Assembly: GCF_006345805.1 (NCBI RefSeq) | Contig: NC_043006.1 | Span: 69,812,001-69,876,000, forward strand | From: Octopus sinensis | Taxonomy: Eukaryota | Direction of reading: 5' to 3' | Length of the DNA: 64,000 bases | In this document: positions 25,237-39,497 of the stretch, piece after piece | Layout: every line of letters starts with the position of its first letter | Numbering within the stretch: position 1 is the stretch's first letter | Notes under the pieces: generated by a model | Databases searched by the model: none | What the model was told of the DNA's origin: nothing | What the model saw: the letters and a program-made list of their open reading frames with translations, nothing else | Made by a program: the position numbers and the translations under genes

Positions 25237-25460
25237 CTCATAAGGGCTAGTTCTCCGTTTTCCATGGCGTAGAAATTCCCCACCTAGTCGGAACGCCGGC
25301 CGCCGCAGTATAATTCACTTTCGCCAGCTTAGCAGACTGGAGCAACGTGAAATGAAGTGTTTACACAAGAACACAACGCGTCGCCCGGCCCAAGAATCGA
25401 AACCACAATCTTACGATCATGAATCCAACATCCCTAACCACTAAGCCACGCACTCCCACA
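25237..25460 (-). mobile_element. SINE with family-D head/central domain and family-C-like tail
   Basis: Minus strand: gtggcttagtggttaggg..catttcacgttgctccagtc (D-like) then ..ggagaactagcccttatgag (C-like; compare gggaaaccgacccttatgag at ~39445). Confidence 0.6.
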
Positions 25461-25664
25461 TGCTCCAAAGTGATATTACATGTTTTTTGCGTGTTCATTA
25501 TTTCTTTTTAATACGTGTGTGTGTGCGTGCGGTGGGAGTTTGTGTGTGTGTGTGTGTGCGTGTCTGTGTGTGTTTGTGTGTATGTGTGTGTGTGTGTGTG
25601 TGTGGTGTGTGTGTGTGTATGTGTGTGTTAGTGTGTGTGCGCATGTGTCTGTGTGCGTCTACGT

Positions 25665-25866
25665 GTATCTCTGTTTGTTCGCCACCACTGCTTGATAACC
25701 GGTGTTGGTTTGTTTATGACGCCGAAACTTTGTGGTTCGGCAAAAGTCACCAATAGAATAAATATCAGGTTTTATAAAAATGAATACTTGAGTGGATGTA
25801 TTCGACTACAACTCTTCGAGGCGGTACCCCTGCATAGGGCATAAAATGACTGAAGCAAAGTAAAAG
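25665..25866 (+). mobile_element. SINE family B, degraded 3' half
   Basis: gcttgataaccggtgttgg..ggttcggcaaaag..gactgaagcaaagtaaaag. Confidence 0.7.
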
Positions 25867-25879
25867 CTGAAGGACAAAA

Positions 25880-26245
25880 GAATTCCAGCAGTAATGATTA
25901 CACCAATCACATTGCTAACTCAAATAACGAGGCAGCAATACACACCAACATCACCCCCAATCTGAAGATGTGACTGTGAAGGTCTGGAAACATTAGTAGT
26001 CGATTTGGGAAATATTCTCTTCCTATATTGTTGAAACAAGTACAAACTGAGAGATAAAAGAATTCAGCTGTAATGTTTACACTATTCACATTGCTCGTGT
26101 CTCCATTAACGAGACATCAACAAACACCAACATCACTTCATTTTGAAGATGTGGCTATGAAGGTCTAGAGACTTTAATGGCCGATTTGGGAAATATATTG
26201 TTCGAAATTGCAAACAATCCATAGAGAAATATGCAAGAATCTTCG
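25880..26245. repeat. Diverged tandem duplication, ~180-bp unit x2
   Basis: Shared blocks aatt.cagc.gtaatg, acaccaacatcac, tgaagatgtg.ct.tgaaggtct, cgatttgggaaatat at ~25881 and ~26060. Confidence 0.8.
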
Positions 26246-26463
26246 ATAAAATTAGAATACAATACATTTGTGTATTTGAACGTTTTTCTTTAACGTCTGC
26301 GAAAATTTTATCGTTTTTACATAATTACAATGTTAACGAGTAAACTCAAATAATTGAGATAAGCGGAGCCGTCATCAAATTGCAATCATTCAAATTTAGT
26401 CTGGCTTGGATAATGGACACATTTAAATGCATACATACATACATACATACATACATACATACA

Positions 26464-26497
<34 letters not shown>

Positions 26498-26579
26498 CAT
26501 ACAAACATACATACATACATACATACATACATACATACATAAATACATACATACATACATACATATATACATACAAACA

Positions 26580-26658
<79 letters not shown>

Positions 26659-27091
26659 CATATGTTAATAAGTGTGTGTGCGTGCGTATACATACACACC
26701 TTTGTGATGTTATGCATAAAGTTATATATATAATCGCAATGGACACTTACAAGCATTTAAGCAAAACACTACCGACTCCAGCAAGACTCAACTTTACTAA
26801 ATAGATAGCATAACATACAATGCATATACATAGATATGTAGATACAAGCAGACAAATAGCTACGTACACACCTGCATACGTACATAATTGAAGCCGTATA
26901 TGTTTGTATAGAATTTATATCCTCGTAATAGATATATTTAAATATCGATAAATATATGGATGTATATAGAATAAATATACTCTTCTTTTTGTGGGAAGAT
27001 ACATATAGGCAAGACACACTCTGTAAATACACAAACAGACAAACATTATAACATACACACACAGACACAACATAATTGTATATATGTATGA

Positions 27092-27156
<65 letters not shown>

Positions 27157-27194
27157 GTGTGTGTGTGTGTGTGTGTGTGTGTTGTGTGTGTGTG

Positions 27195-27225
<31 letters not shown>

Positions 27226-27360
27226 ATTGCAGGCAAACATTAATTTGCACTTTTGTAGCTCGTATATTGCATCTACATATATACACATTCAAAAGACACT
27301 TTTAGAAGCATTCATAGATATGGAAATATATAGGTACATATATTCATATATATATATATA

Positions 27361-27712
27361 GGCGCAGGAGCGGCTGTGTGGTAAGTAGCTTGCTTACCAA
27401 CCACATGGTTCCAGGTTAGTACCACTGCGTGGCACCTTGGGTATGTGTCTTCTACTATAGCCTCGGGTCGACCATAGCTTTTTGAGTGGATTTGGTAGCC
27501 GGAAACTGAAAGAAGCCCGTCGCATATATATATATATTTATGCATGTATGTGTGTGTATATGTTTATGTGTCTGTGCTTGTCCCCCCCTCCCAACATCGC
27601 TTGACAACCGATGCTGGTGTGTTTACGTCCCCGTAACTTAGCGGTTCGGCAAAAGAGACCCATAGCCTAAGTACTAGGCTGACAAAGAATAAGTCCTGGG
27701 GTCGAATAAGTC
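27361..27712 (+). mobile_element. SINE family B copy (near-identical to 30024-30361)
   Basis: Family motifs; ends with a duplicated gaataagtcctg. Confidence 0.9.
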
Positions 27713-27833
27713 CTGAGGGTGTATCAGCCAAAACGTTGTGTTAATAACAAACAACATGAGAACAAATATCCGTCAAATGTAAATAATGTAAATAATGTAC
27801 ATAATTCCTCATCTCTTAAATACAGAACAATAT

Positions 27834-27875
<42 letters not shown>

Positions 27876-27877
<2 letters not shown>

Positions 27878-28035
27878 CGACGGGCTTCTTTTAGTTCCCG
27901 TCTACCAATCCACTCACATGGCTTTGGTAAGCCCGAGGCTATAATGGAAGATGTTAGTCCAAAGTATCAGGCAGTGGGACTGAAATCAGAATCAGGTGCT
28001 AGGAAAGCAAACTTCTTATCACACAGCCACTATAC
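27876..28035 (-). mobile_element. SINE family B, 5' half
   Basis: gacgggcttct..ccgtctaccaatccactcaca..ttatcacacagccac. Confidence 0.75.
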
Positions 28036-28093
28036 CTTACGTGTATAGTTAGATGCGCCACCGATACTGGTGAATTTAGAGCTCCATATAGAG

Positions 28094-28584
28094 CAGGGGT
28101 GGGGAAACCGCCGCCCACGGGCTGATATATTCGTGTGTACAAAATATAGTAAATTTTTCAATTACAAAATTTATACAGTATTCGTACGCCTATTTGCGAC
28201 ACAGGTCGTGTTTCCATTACAGCTTCAAAAGGGTTAGACTCGAACAGAAACTTGTCTGGTAATTGCCATTTGAATGGAAATTTTGTTTTCACTATAAAAC
28301 ACATGTTGCTAGGTTTGTACCACCACCTTGAGACCCAACTACACTCGAGCTGAAAAATATAGAATACCTCATAGGTAATATAAACGTCCTAAATTCAGTG
28401 GCGGCGTTGATGAAGATGTTACGCGTTAATTTAATGTTAAACTTAACTTTATTAATGTGTATCGAATTATACATAGATATATACAAGATTTACACAGATA
28501 TAACAGTTAGAACTTGTGATCCGCCCGTGAGTCTTTTTCTTTGTGACTTTTTGCCCGCCGTACAAAAAAGTTTCCCCACCCCTG
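28094..28584. mobile_element. Complete hAT (Charlie-type) MITE, 491 bp
   Basis: Perfect 15-bp TIRs caggggtggggaaac / gtttccccacccctg; 8-bp TSD atatagag / atatacag (7/8). Confidence 0.9.
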
Positions 28585-28838
28585 ATATACAGTATTATGA
28601 ATCCAGTCTAGCTTCAGTAAAGTGGAGGGGTTACTACTGTATTCACAAGTATTACCGATTAGGAGAGAAGAGCAAACGTAGGTAAAGTATGATAAACACA
28701 AAATGTATTCTGTAGCAAGCCAAGTAGCTTTTTAAAATCTCTATAAGTAATGAAAATACTAACCATACTGAGAAGTAATGTTTGTCGCCACTTCAATATG
28801 GCTGTTCCATAGGAACCAACATTACACCCGCTATATAT

Positions 28839-29028
<190 letters not shown>

Positions 29029-30023
29029 TACATATACATACATACATACATATATATATTGCGAGCTGGAGCGAATTACTACTATCTCTAGTGGACAGGT
29101 GATGATGGACATAAATGGCTCAAAACCGTACGCTCTGGTGATCCCGTTCGTCATCTGCTAGAAGAAAGTGGGGGTTCGTTCCCCTGCTTGCAATATATAT
29201 AAGATGCAGATTGCATCGATAACCAGCTGTAGGAGGCTCCTCCTGGGGTTAAAAAACGGTTGTATCGTCGATTCCTATGGGACAACCATATTGATGTAGT
29301 TTATATCATCTATTCTCTACATGCATTTCACAACTGTGTTCATTTGCATTCTCTGCACTGGGTGTTCTCTGAGAAACTGGATTCCGAAGCACAATAATTG
29401 CACGGGGAACACTTTTATTGCATTATGTTACACAAACCAAATGTTTGAATTCGGACAGATGGCAAGAATTAGAGAGCAAAACACAGAGATAGATTCATTT
29501 ACTCTCTTTTCTCTTGTCCTCTTTTCTCTACATCTCTCTCTCTCTCTCTCTCTCTTACTCTCTCTCTCTCTCTCTTTATTTTAATCTTTATTTCTTTTTT
29601 GGCATACTTATGAAAGTCTTGCCATCTGCCCAACATCAACCACTTGATGAGTCGAGCTTAATATAATGGAATGTTGCCCCTGATGAACTATCGTGATTCA
29701 AAATACAATTGTATAGACACATGCATATATATGTATATACAGATTAATATGCACATACAGTTATACGTGCAAACATATGTACGAATCTTACGACGAAGCG
29801 TACATGCATTCGTAAATGCATTCATATAATATCTACATAATGGATACTGATGGGATATTCTCTTCAAAACTCCGACCATGTACAAACAAAACAGGCCTAA
29901 ATACATTGTAGTTTGAAACAGAGAAGTAAACGACATGAACCATCATAGATGTGAGCTGCCCAGCAAGTTTGAACATCTCTTCTAAAATCAGAGAGAAGGA
30001 CAATATTTATGGACAGCTACATA

Positions 30024-30361
30024 GGCGTAGGAGTGGCTGTGTGGTAAGTAGCTTGCTTACCAACCACATGGTTCCAGGTTCAGTACCACTGCGTGGCACC
30101 TTGGGTATGTGTCTTCTACTATAGCCTCGGGTCGACCATAGCTTTTTGAGTGGATTTGGTAGCCGGAAACTGAAAGAAGCCCGTCGCATATATATATATA
30201 TATATTTATGCATGTATGTGTGTGTATATGTTTATGTGTCTGTGCTTGTCCCCCCTCCCAACATCGCTTGACAACCGATGCTGGTGTGTTTACGTCCCCG
30301 TAACTTAGCGGTTCGGCAAAAGAGACCCATAGCCTAAGTACTAGGCTTACAAAGAATAAGT
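30024..30361 (+). mobile_element. SINE family B copy
   Basis: Family motifs; shares private substitutions with 27361-27712. Confidence 0.9.
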
Positions 30362-30431
30362 CTTTCAAGCTAACCTGTCATAGCTATCGACTTTTCTTTC
30401 TTCCTCATCGGATACCTGATTGTCAGCTGGG

Positions 30432-30489
<58 letters not shown>

Positions 30490-30690
30490 GAGGTAGTGAG
30501 CTAGTAGAATCGTTACCGCGCAGGACAAAATGCTTAACGGAAGTTCGTCCCTCCTTACGTTCTGAGTTTAAATTCCGCCTAGGTCGACTTGCCTTCCAAC
30601 TTTTCAGGGTCCATAAATTCAGTAGCAGTGAAAATATAATTGACTAGTCCCTCCCATAAAATTTCAGGCCTTGTGCCCATAGTAGAAAGG
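30490..30690 (+). mobile_element. SINE family A2 between (TTA)n tracts
   Basis: gagctagtagaatcgtta..ctgagtttaaattccgcc..ccttgtgcccatagtagaaagg(att)n. Confidence 0.8.
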
Positions 30691-30714
30691 ATTATTATTA
30701 TTATTATTATTATT

Positions 30715-33700
30715 GTTTTGTTTTTTTTCTTCTTTCAAATTTGCTTCCATTTCTTGCCGAGTGTCTTCCCGACTCCTAGGGCAAAGAAACTCATAGTATA
30801 CATTGGTAGGCCATTAAACCAAACTCAATAGTTCGTTCATTTTTTTTTTAAGTTAAATTAAAATACATGAGCAGCAACAGTTCTCACATCGACAATGCTC
30901 TTCTCAATACGTGTGATGTACCAGTTAAGACAATCTTTTGCACTTCTTGCAGGGATGGTAAGCCAGGGATCATTCTCATATAATTTTCGGTTCCCTTCTT
31001 GATCGTTCCTAGTGCTCCTACGATCACTGGTATTGGTATTGTAACCGCCTGAGATGCCACATTTTCTCATTTCAATGAGTAGGTCTTTATATTTTCTGAG
31101 CTTGTCAAACTCTTTCGCTGAGATATTATGATCACAGGGGATGCTCATGTCGATCAATAAGCAAACTTTATTGTTTTGGTCTTTCACAACAATATCGGTT
31201 TATTGGCCTTGATGGTTCGGTCTGTATGTACTGGAAAGTCCCACAGAATGGTTACATTTTCTCCTTCAGTTACAGCCTCAGGGTGGTGACTATACCACTT
31301 GTCGGCAGTTTTGATATTGTAATGCCGACTTATTAGCCAGTGTAGATATTGGCCAACTCTGTCATGTCTTAATTTATACTCCACTGGTGCTAAGACTTTA
31401 CATCCAGAGATTAGATGGTCCATGTTTCAATCATGTCGTTGCAGAATCGGCATTTTGGGTCTGCTCCATTTTTCATCACATTGGCCTGGTAGTTCCGGGT
31501 TAATAGGCTTTGATCTTGAGCAGCCAGGATGAAACCTTCGCTCTCTGCTTTTAGCCCTGAGCTCCGTAGCCACTGATGGGTTTGCTTCTGGTCAACATCA
31601 GCTTGTTTGCTGCGGGTCACATATTTGCCGTGCAGAGGTTTCTCCTCCCACCTATCAGCCAATTGCTCGTGCGCTCTTTTTCGTTGCCATCATTTTCACC
31701 TTCTTTGCAACAATAGTTGCCGTACTTCCCTCGGGTTGTTCAGTTTGGGTATCCTGCACGAGATCAATAGCAAATTTTTTGCTTTCCTTTATGATAGAAT
31801 GAAGCTTCTTTCGTCTCTCGTGATTTTCCACGAGCTTTGCATCCAGTCATTCGATATTTCGAGATATTTGGCCAGTCCAATTGTGGTTGTTTTGTAAACT
31901 AGTTCAAATTGGATCAGGCCTCGACCTCCTTGGGCTCTGGGAAGGTAAAGGCGATCTACGTCTGCCTTTGGGTGGTGCATCCTATTACAACTCAGCAGCT
32001 TGTGTATTCCTGTCTATATTCTTTACTTCACTCATATTCCAGTTCAACACATTGTAGCTATAAGTAACAACTGGAACTGCTAAGGAATTTATAGCTAACA
32101 CCTTGTTACGTGCATTTAATTCAGATTTCAGGACTGCACGAACTCTCCTATAACATTCCTTCCTGATCTTCTCTTTCATGCTTGCATGCTGAATACCAGA
32201 GCCTTCATTTATCCCTAAATATTTGTATGTTTGTTCTTGCTCAAGCTCTCTTATGACTGTGTCAACATCTAACACGACTGAATTTTGGTCTTCACTTTCC
32301 CTTTCTGGAAAGTGGCCTTGGCACACTTCTCAGTCCAAACTCCATCCCGATGTCATCGCTGAAAGCTTTCACGGTGCGCAATAGGCCTTCAAGTTCATTA
32401 TTGTCTTTACCATAAAGTTTTAAGTCATCCATATAAAATAGATGGCTTATTTTTTTATTGGCAATTTTATACCCATACCCTGTTCTGTTTAATTCACTTG
32501 TAAGGGGTATTAGGGCTATGCAGAATATTAAGGTGAAAGTGAGTCACCTTGAAAAATTCCACAGTTGATGTTTATATTTTCTGAGGCAAGTACTCCATTA
32601 GTGGGTATAATTGGAGATTCGTATTCCACAACGACATATTGTGCTTCAGGAAGTTGAAATCACAGGGGAAATTTTGAAGATGTCCAGCGATCTCAAGATC
32701 CATGGATGCGGTATACTGCCGAAGGCCTTTTTATAGTCAATCCATGCGGTGCTGAGATTTCTGCGCTTGTTGTGACAGTTCTCAAGGATCATACGATTGA
32801 TTAGCAGTTGATCTTTGCATCCGTAAGAGCCTCGGCGGCACCCTTTTTGTTCGATGGGGAAAATATCGTTCTTCTCCATGAATGCATATGTTTTCTCCGC
32901 CAGGATAGATGTTAGGATTTTATACTGGTGGATAGACAGGTTATAGGCCGATAGTTTTTTTGGAAGGTTGGTTTCGTTATTCTTTGGAGTAGGTAAGTAA
33001 TGCCACTTGCTACCATTCTGTTTTTTCTTTGGGTCTCTCATAATTCCATTGAGCAGCTGAACTAGCTTACCGTGTGCGCATGGGAGCGATGCGAGCCAGG
33101 AATTCGGCACCCTATCTTTACCGGGGGATTTCCAATTATGGGCCTTCGTGAGTGCCTTTCTTAGGTCTGCTATTGTGATGTCTTCCCATGCTTGTTGTTG
33201 TAAATTTTGGTAGGATCCTTCAGTTTGTATAATCCAGTCTGCATTTATGTTGTACGTCTTCTTGTCACTCCAAATCCTTTTCCAAAAGTTTTGAACTTCT
33301 TCCATGGGAGGGGGGTCTTTAACGGTTACTTTCTCCTTCCCTATTTCTCTGTAGAATTTTTTGGCATGGATGTGAACAGCTTATTTTGCTTGTAAAACTT
33401 GTTTCTCTTCTCAAATCTTCGTATTCTTTGGGTTTTGCTTGGACTTTTTTGTCAGCGTTTCTTTTATTGATATCAGTTCTTCTCTTGGTGAGGATCCAAA
33501 TTTTCTCTTCATCTTTCTTCCTGTTCTGGATCTTACATCATTTCCACATATTAGTTCATTTAATATTGATATTTCCCCTCTCATAAATTCAATCTCTTTT
33601 CAATTTTACTTCTCAGGTTTGATTTCTTCCAGGTTTTGTTTTCTTTGTTTTTTCGGGGGCATACAGCTGGTTTCAATGGCCCTAGCAGAAGCGTAAATAA

Positions 33701-34560
33701 TTTCATTTAACTCAGTAAAATCAGGTTTTAATTCTCGTATTATTTCATTTGTTACATAGTTGCCATTTGGATTTGTTTTTTATTTTGGTTTGTATTTGAG
33801 AGTTTATGAAGTGGTTCTCTATCATTCATACTTGTATGTCTTACAACTTCAAGCGTATTCAGGATTTTCTGCCTCATTTCTGCCATAGACTCTCTGTGTT
33901 CTTCAGCAAATGCGAGATCTTCAGTTACTGTTGTTTTTTCGTTTTCCTGGCTATCTTTAACAGGTACAATAGAATTTCTTGTATCTTCAGGCCTTTGCGT
34001 ACTTTGGTCAGATGGCAGTCTTTCGATTAAGCATCGTGGCGGGCTATACTGTTCATCTGATTCTTCATTTCCTTTGTGTCTTATATTTATGTCATTTTCC
34101 GTTGCGTGCTTGATCGCGCTTATTTCACTGTCTGTGAGTCTGTTATTTCTAAGGATATCCCTCCTCACATTTGCTAATTTGTTCTCGTCCAAATAGGGCC
34201 TACTGTCTTGATTCCGTGTTTTCCATATACTGTAAGAGTTTGCGGTGTGTCTCTCTTGAGATGGCCTACCTAATGCATAGTAATAAGCGTATATTACTTC
34301 TTTATACTCTTCTCGGGTCCATTTGTTCCGCTTACATTTTTCTTTCTGTGGTGGTTGTGGTGGTGAACTGGAGGGCTCGAGTTGGGGGATTTCCCGTTCA
34401 AGTGACCATCCATGTCCGTATTCGGAGAAGAGTTTGTGCCAGTTGATGACTTTTCGATCCCAGGCTGACTCTTCCCTGGGGGACGCGCTTCCAGATTAAC
34501 CATAGGACAAGCGATTTGGTATACTGATTTAGTTTTCCTTTTAGTTTCCAAAATCATTTT
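30715..34560 (-). mobile_element. Near full-length R4/Dong-clade retrotransposon (lineage D3), pseudogenised
   Basis: Minus strand: N-terminal KRNKWTREEYKEV; RT motifs WKSPGKD, EQKGCRRGSYGCKDQL, AWIDYKKAF, YMDD (32424-32435), HHPKADVDRLY..GGRGL; CCHC CRFC..H..C..RHD; RLE TDRTIKANKP(D)..IDMSIP; stop at 30884; 3' UTR ends at the TTA tract. Multiple frameshifts. Confidence 0.95.
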
Positions 34561-34958
34561 GGTGCTACGATAATGTTATCATTTTTGCTTTGATTGGCTC
34601 GTGGGAGACGGCCATCATTGCCGTTACAATTATAATCGTACCATTATAGCAGCCGTAGTCGGCTTATTATTGTTATCATCACCATTACTATCACTATCAT
34701 CATTATCACCACCATTACCATCATCGTTATCATCATCACCATCACCATCACCACCATCATCATCAATATTGTTTTATGTGTAGTTACAGCAGTGTCTTAT
34801 TATTGTTATTTTTATTTTTGTTTTTTTATCATTATCACCATCACAGTCGTGTCTGTCTGTCTCGTTGGTTGGCTTGGTGGTTGGCTGGCTGACTGTCTTC
34901 AACGCCAGAGTTCTTGCCTGTCAAATAATACTTTCATATTTGGTTAACAATAATAACA

Positions 34959-35038
<80 letters not shown>

Positions 35039-35049
35039 TATTCTTTTGT

Positions 35050-35428
35050 AACACAGTGTAGGTAAAAATGCACCGGAGTCTTTAGTCATCTGTCAATTCA
35101 AAATAAGGACCTCAGAAAGATGATACTTCCCTTAAGATGTGCGCTGTGCCCAATAAGGCTGCTTTTTGTAAGACATCAATATTGCATGGGATTTCCAGTT
35201 GCCTTAAGAAGTCTTGAAGTTTCAGTGGGATTAAACTCAGCGCTCTGATCACCACTGGTATCACTTTTACAATACTCTCTCGCATTCCATACAATCTTGC
35301 CATTTCCATTTTCGTTTCGGAGTACTTGGTGATTTTTTCAACCTCTTTGCTCACAACATTCATGTCATTTAGTATGGCTACATCAATGATCTGACAGTAT
35401 TTGTCTCTTATTCAAAATGACAATATCC
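35050..35428 (-). mobile_element. 5'-truncated R4/Dong 3' end (lineage D6)
   Basis: RPDIVI..IDV..KEVEKITKY..VIPVVI.AL..LQKAALLGTAHILREV; flanked by (TTA)n and (CAT)n. Confidence 0.85.
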
Positions 35429-35433
35429 GGTCG

Positions 35434-35489
<56 letters not shown>

Positions 35490-35490
35490 T

Positions 35491-35527
<37 letters not shown>

Positions 35528-35569
35528 TTGTTGTTTTTGTTGTTGTTGTTGTTTTTGTTGTTGTTGTTG

Positions 35570-35627
<58 letters not shown>

Positions 35628-35629
<2 letters not shown>

Positions 35630-36034
35630 TATGTTTGACTTTTGCTTTATGTCTGTACAAGTTGGCTCCAAGTCTCACCCAGAGACGTCAAGAGACAACA
35701 GGTTGGAAGTTCACGTTGTTGTTATGCCTAGTGTGCCATATATTTGGGGGTTTTTTGTGTTGTACTAGTGAATGTCTAATACATAAAAATTTTTTTTTTT
35801 TAAATAAAAAAACAACTTTTGTTTTAAACCTTGGGATTACATAGAGAGTATTTTGCGTAGGATATGAGCAGTTCCCATGAGCACTATCTTTTGAATTTCT
35901 GCCATTTTGGGGTTTCCTGGTATCTGAGTTAGGTAGCAATCAGCCCCTTTTGCTATCATTCCCAGGGCACCTATGACAACAGGTATTGTTTTAGTCTTCA
36001 GCTTCCACATTTTGCTGATTTCTATTTCAAGATC

Positions 36035-36037
<3 letters not shown>
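35628..36037 (-). mobile_element. 5'-truncated R4/Dong 3' end (lineage D2)
   Basis: Reverse complement of 60110-60481 (KDLEIEISKMW..GTAHILRK plus 3' UTR); (TTA)n on both sides. Confidence 0.92.
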
Positions 36038-36106
<69 letters not shown>

Positions 36107-36108
<2 letters not shown>

Positions 36109-36322
36109 GGTGGTGAACTGGAGAGAATCGTTATCGCGCCGAGTAAAACACTTGTTGGCATTTTGTCTACCGCTACGTTCTGAGTTCAAATTCCGCCAGG
36201 GTCGACTTTGCCTTTTATCCTTTTAAGGTCGTTAAAATAAGTAATAGTTGAACACTGGGGTCGATGTAATCGACTCATTCCCTCCCCTAAAATTGCTGGC
36301 CTTGTGCCAAAATTTAAAACCA
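36107..36322 (+). mobile_element. SINE family A2
   Basis: aaggtggtgaactgg..ctgagttcaaattccgcc..attgctggccttgtgccaaaatttaaaacc(att). Confidence 0.85.
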
Positions 36323-36670
36323 TTATTGTTATTATCATATAATATACTAACGATCAACCCTGACTGTAAACCTTAACTAACCACAAACCTAATTTGAACC
36401 CTTTTCTACAGATATGTTTCGATCAGAAAATAAATCTCTCATTTAGCAAGCCAAAATTCAGTTTTAATCCCTCACCACTCATCCTTATTCCTGTGCAGAA
36501 TCTTATATTTAATCCGATGTTAATTTCTGAAATCTAATCCTGCACCCCGTTCATAGAATTAACCCTTTCTCCCCACCTCTATCAATTCCAAAATTCAAAT
36601 CTATTTTCAAAATTATCCACAACCAACATTGAAAACCCACATTTTAACATTTTGAACTCTACCTTGTCCA

Positions 36671-36939
36671 GTTACATTCCATCCAGCGTTAAATCAACGC
36701 TGTTTTGTTACACCCAACACACCGTTGACCTGATACACCTGACACAACGTTCTCCTGTTACATCTGACAACGTTTCTTTGTTACACCTACCCCAATGAGA
36801 TTCTATTACACCAAATCCAACGTTGTCCTGTTACACTCAACACAACGCTGCTCTGTTACACCGATTATAACGTTACCCAGTCTCACTCAACACGGTGCTG
36901 TCTTGTTACACTTGACGCAACGTTTCTTTGTTACACATA

Positions 36940-36940
<1 letters not shown>
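36671..36940. repeat. Degenerate ~25-bp minisatellite (about 10 units)
   Basis: Recurrent GTTACAC-N7-AACGTT-N5 (e.g. gttacactcaacacaacgctgctct, gttacacttgacgcaacgtttcttt). Confidence 0.85.
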
Positions 36941-38952
<2,012 letters not shown>

Positions 38953-39205
38953 CAGATAGATAGAAAGAGTGACAGGCAGAGGGAGAGCGTACAAACGAAC
39001 CGAAATAGTACTCAATACATGCCTTTGAGGCTAAATATTCGTATTAATTGTTTGTGATTTAGATTCGAATTACCCAACATTTCACAAAGGAGGACTGTAC
39101 GCTTGCTTGTTCAGATGCTTCCAAACGGTAAGACAGCCGTGAGATCTATACGTAGCTATTTGTCGTTAAGCGACATGCAATGTCCGTGCTATTAGTCAGA
39201 TCGTG

Positions 39206-39497
39206 GAGGCCCATGGCCTAGTGGTTAGAGCAGAGGACTCGCGGTCGAGGGATCGCGAGTTCGAATCACAGACTAGGCGATGTATGTATTTATGGGCGAA
39301 ACACGGCTCCAGCAGAAGGTAATGGCGAACTTCTGCTGACTTTTTTGCCACAACTTTCTCTCACTCTTTCCTCCTGCCTCTAGCATCTCACCTGTGATGG
39401 ACGAGTGTTCCGTCCAGGAGGGGAACCTATACGACAAAGAAACTGGGAAACCGACCCTTATGAGCCAGGCATGGCTCGAGAAGGAACAAGCAACAAC
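39206..39497 (+). mobile_element. SINE family C, full length
   Basis: tggcctagtggttagagcag..gagttcgaatc..tgtgatggacgagtgttccgtccagg..gaaactgggaaaccgacccttatgag. Confidence 0.85.

Noticed and set aside
29456-29628. Mini-MITE defined by the 12-bp inverted repeat cagatggcaaga / tcttgccatctg
   Set aside because: No TSD, the interior is mostly (CT)n, and it is a single occurrence.
34595-34630. HDV-like ribozyme at the 5' end of the D3 element (ggccgtctcccacgagcc on the minus strand)
   Set aside because: An L3-like loop is present, but I could not build P1, P2 and J4/2 pairings by eye; needs an RNAMotif/Infernal search.
39206-39285. tRNA gene
   Set aside because: The tRNA-like heads of SINE C (and A, B, D) continue into SINE bodies and lack an intact acceptor stem; they are SINE heads, not tRNA genes.
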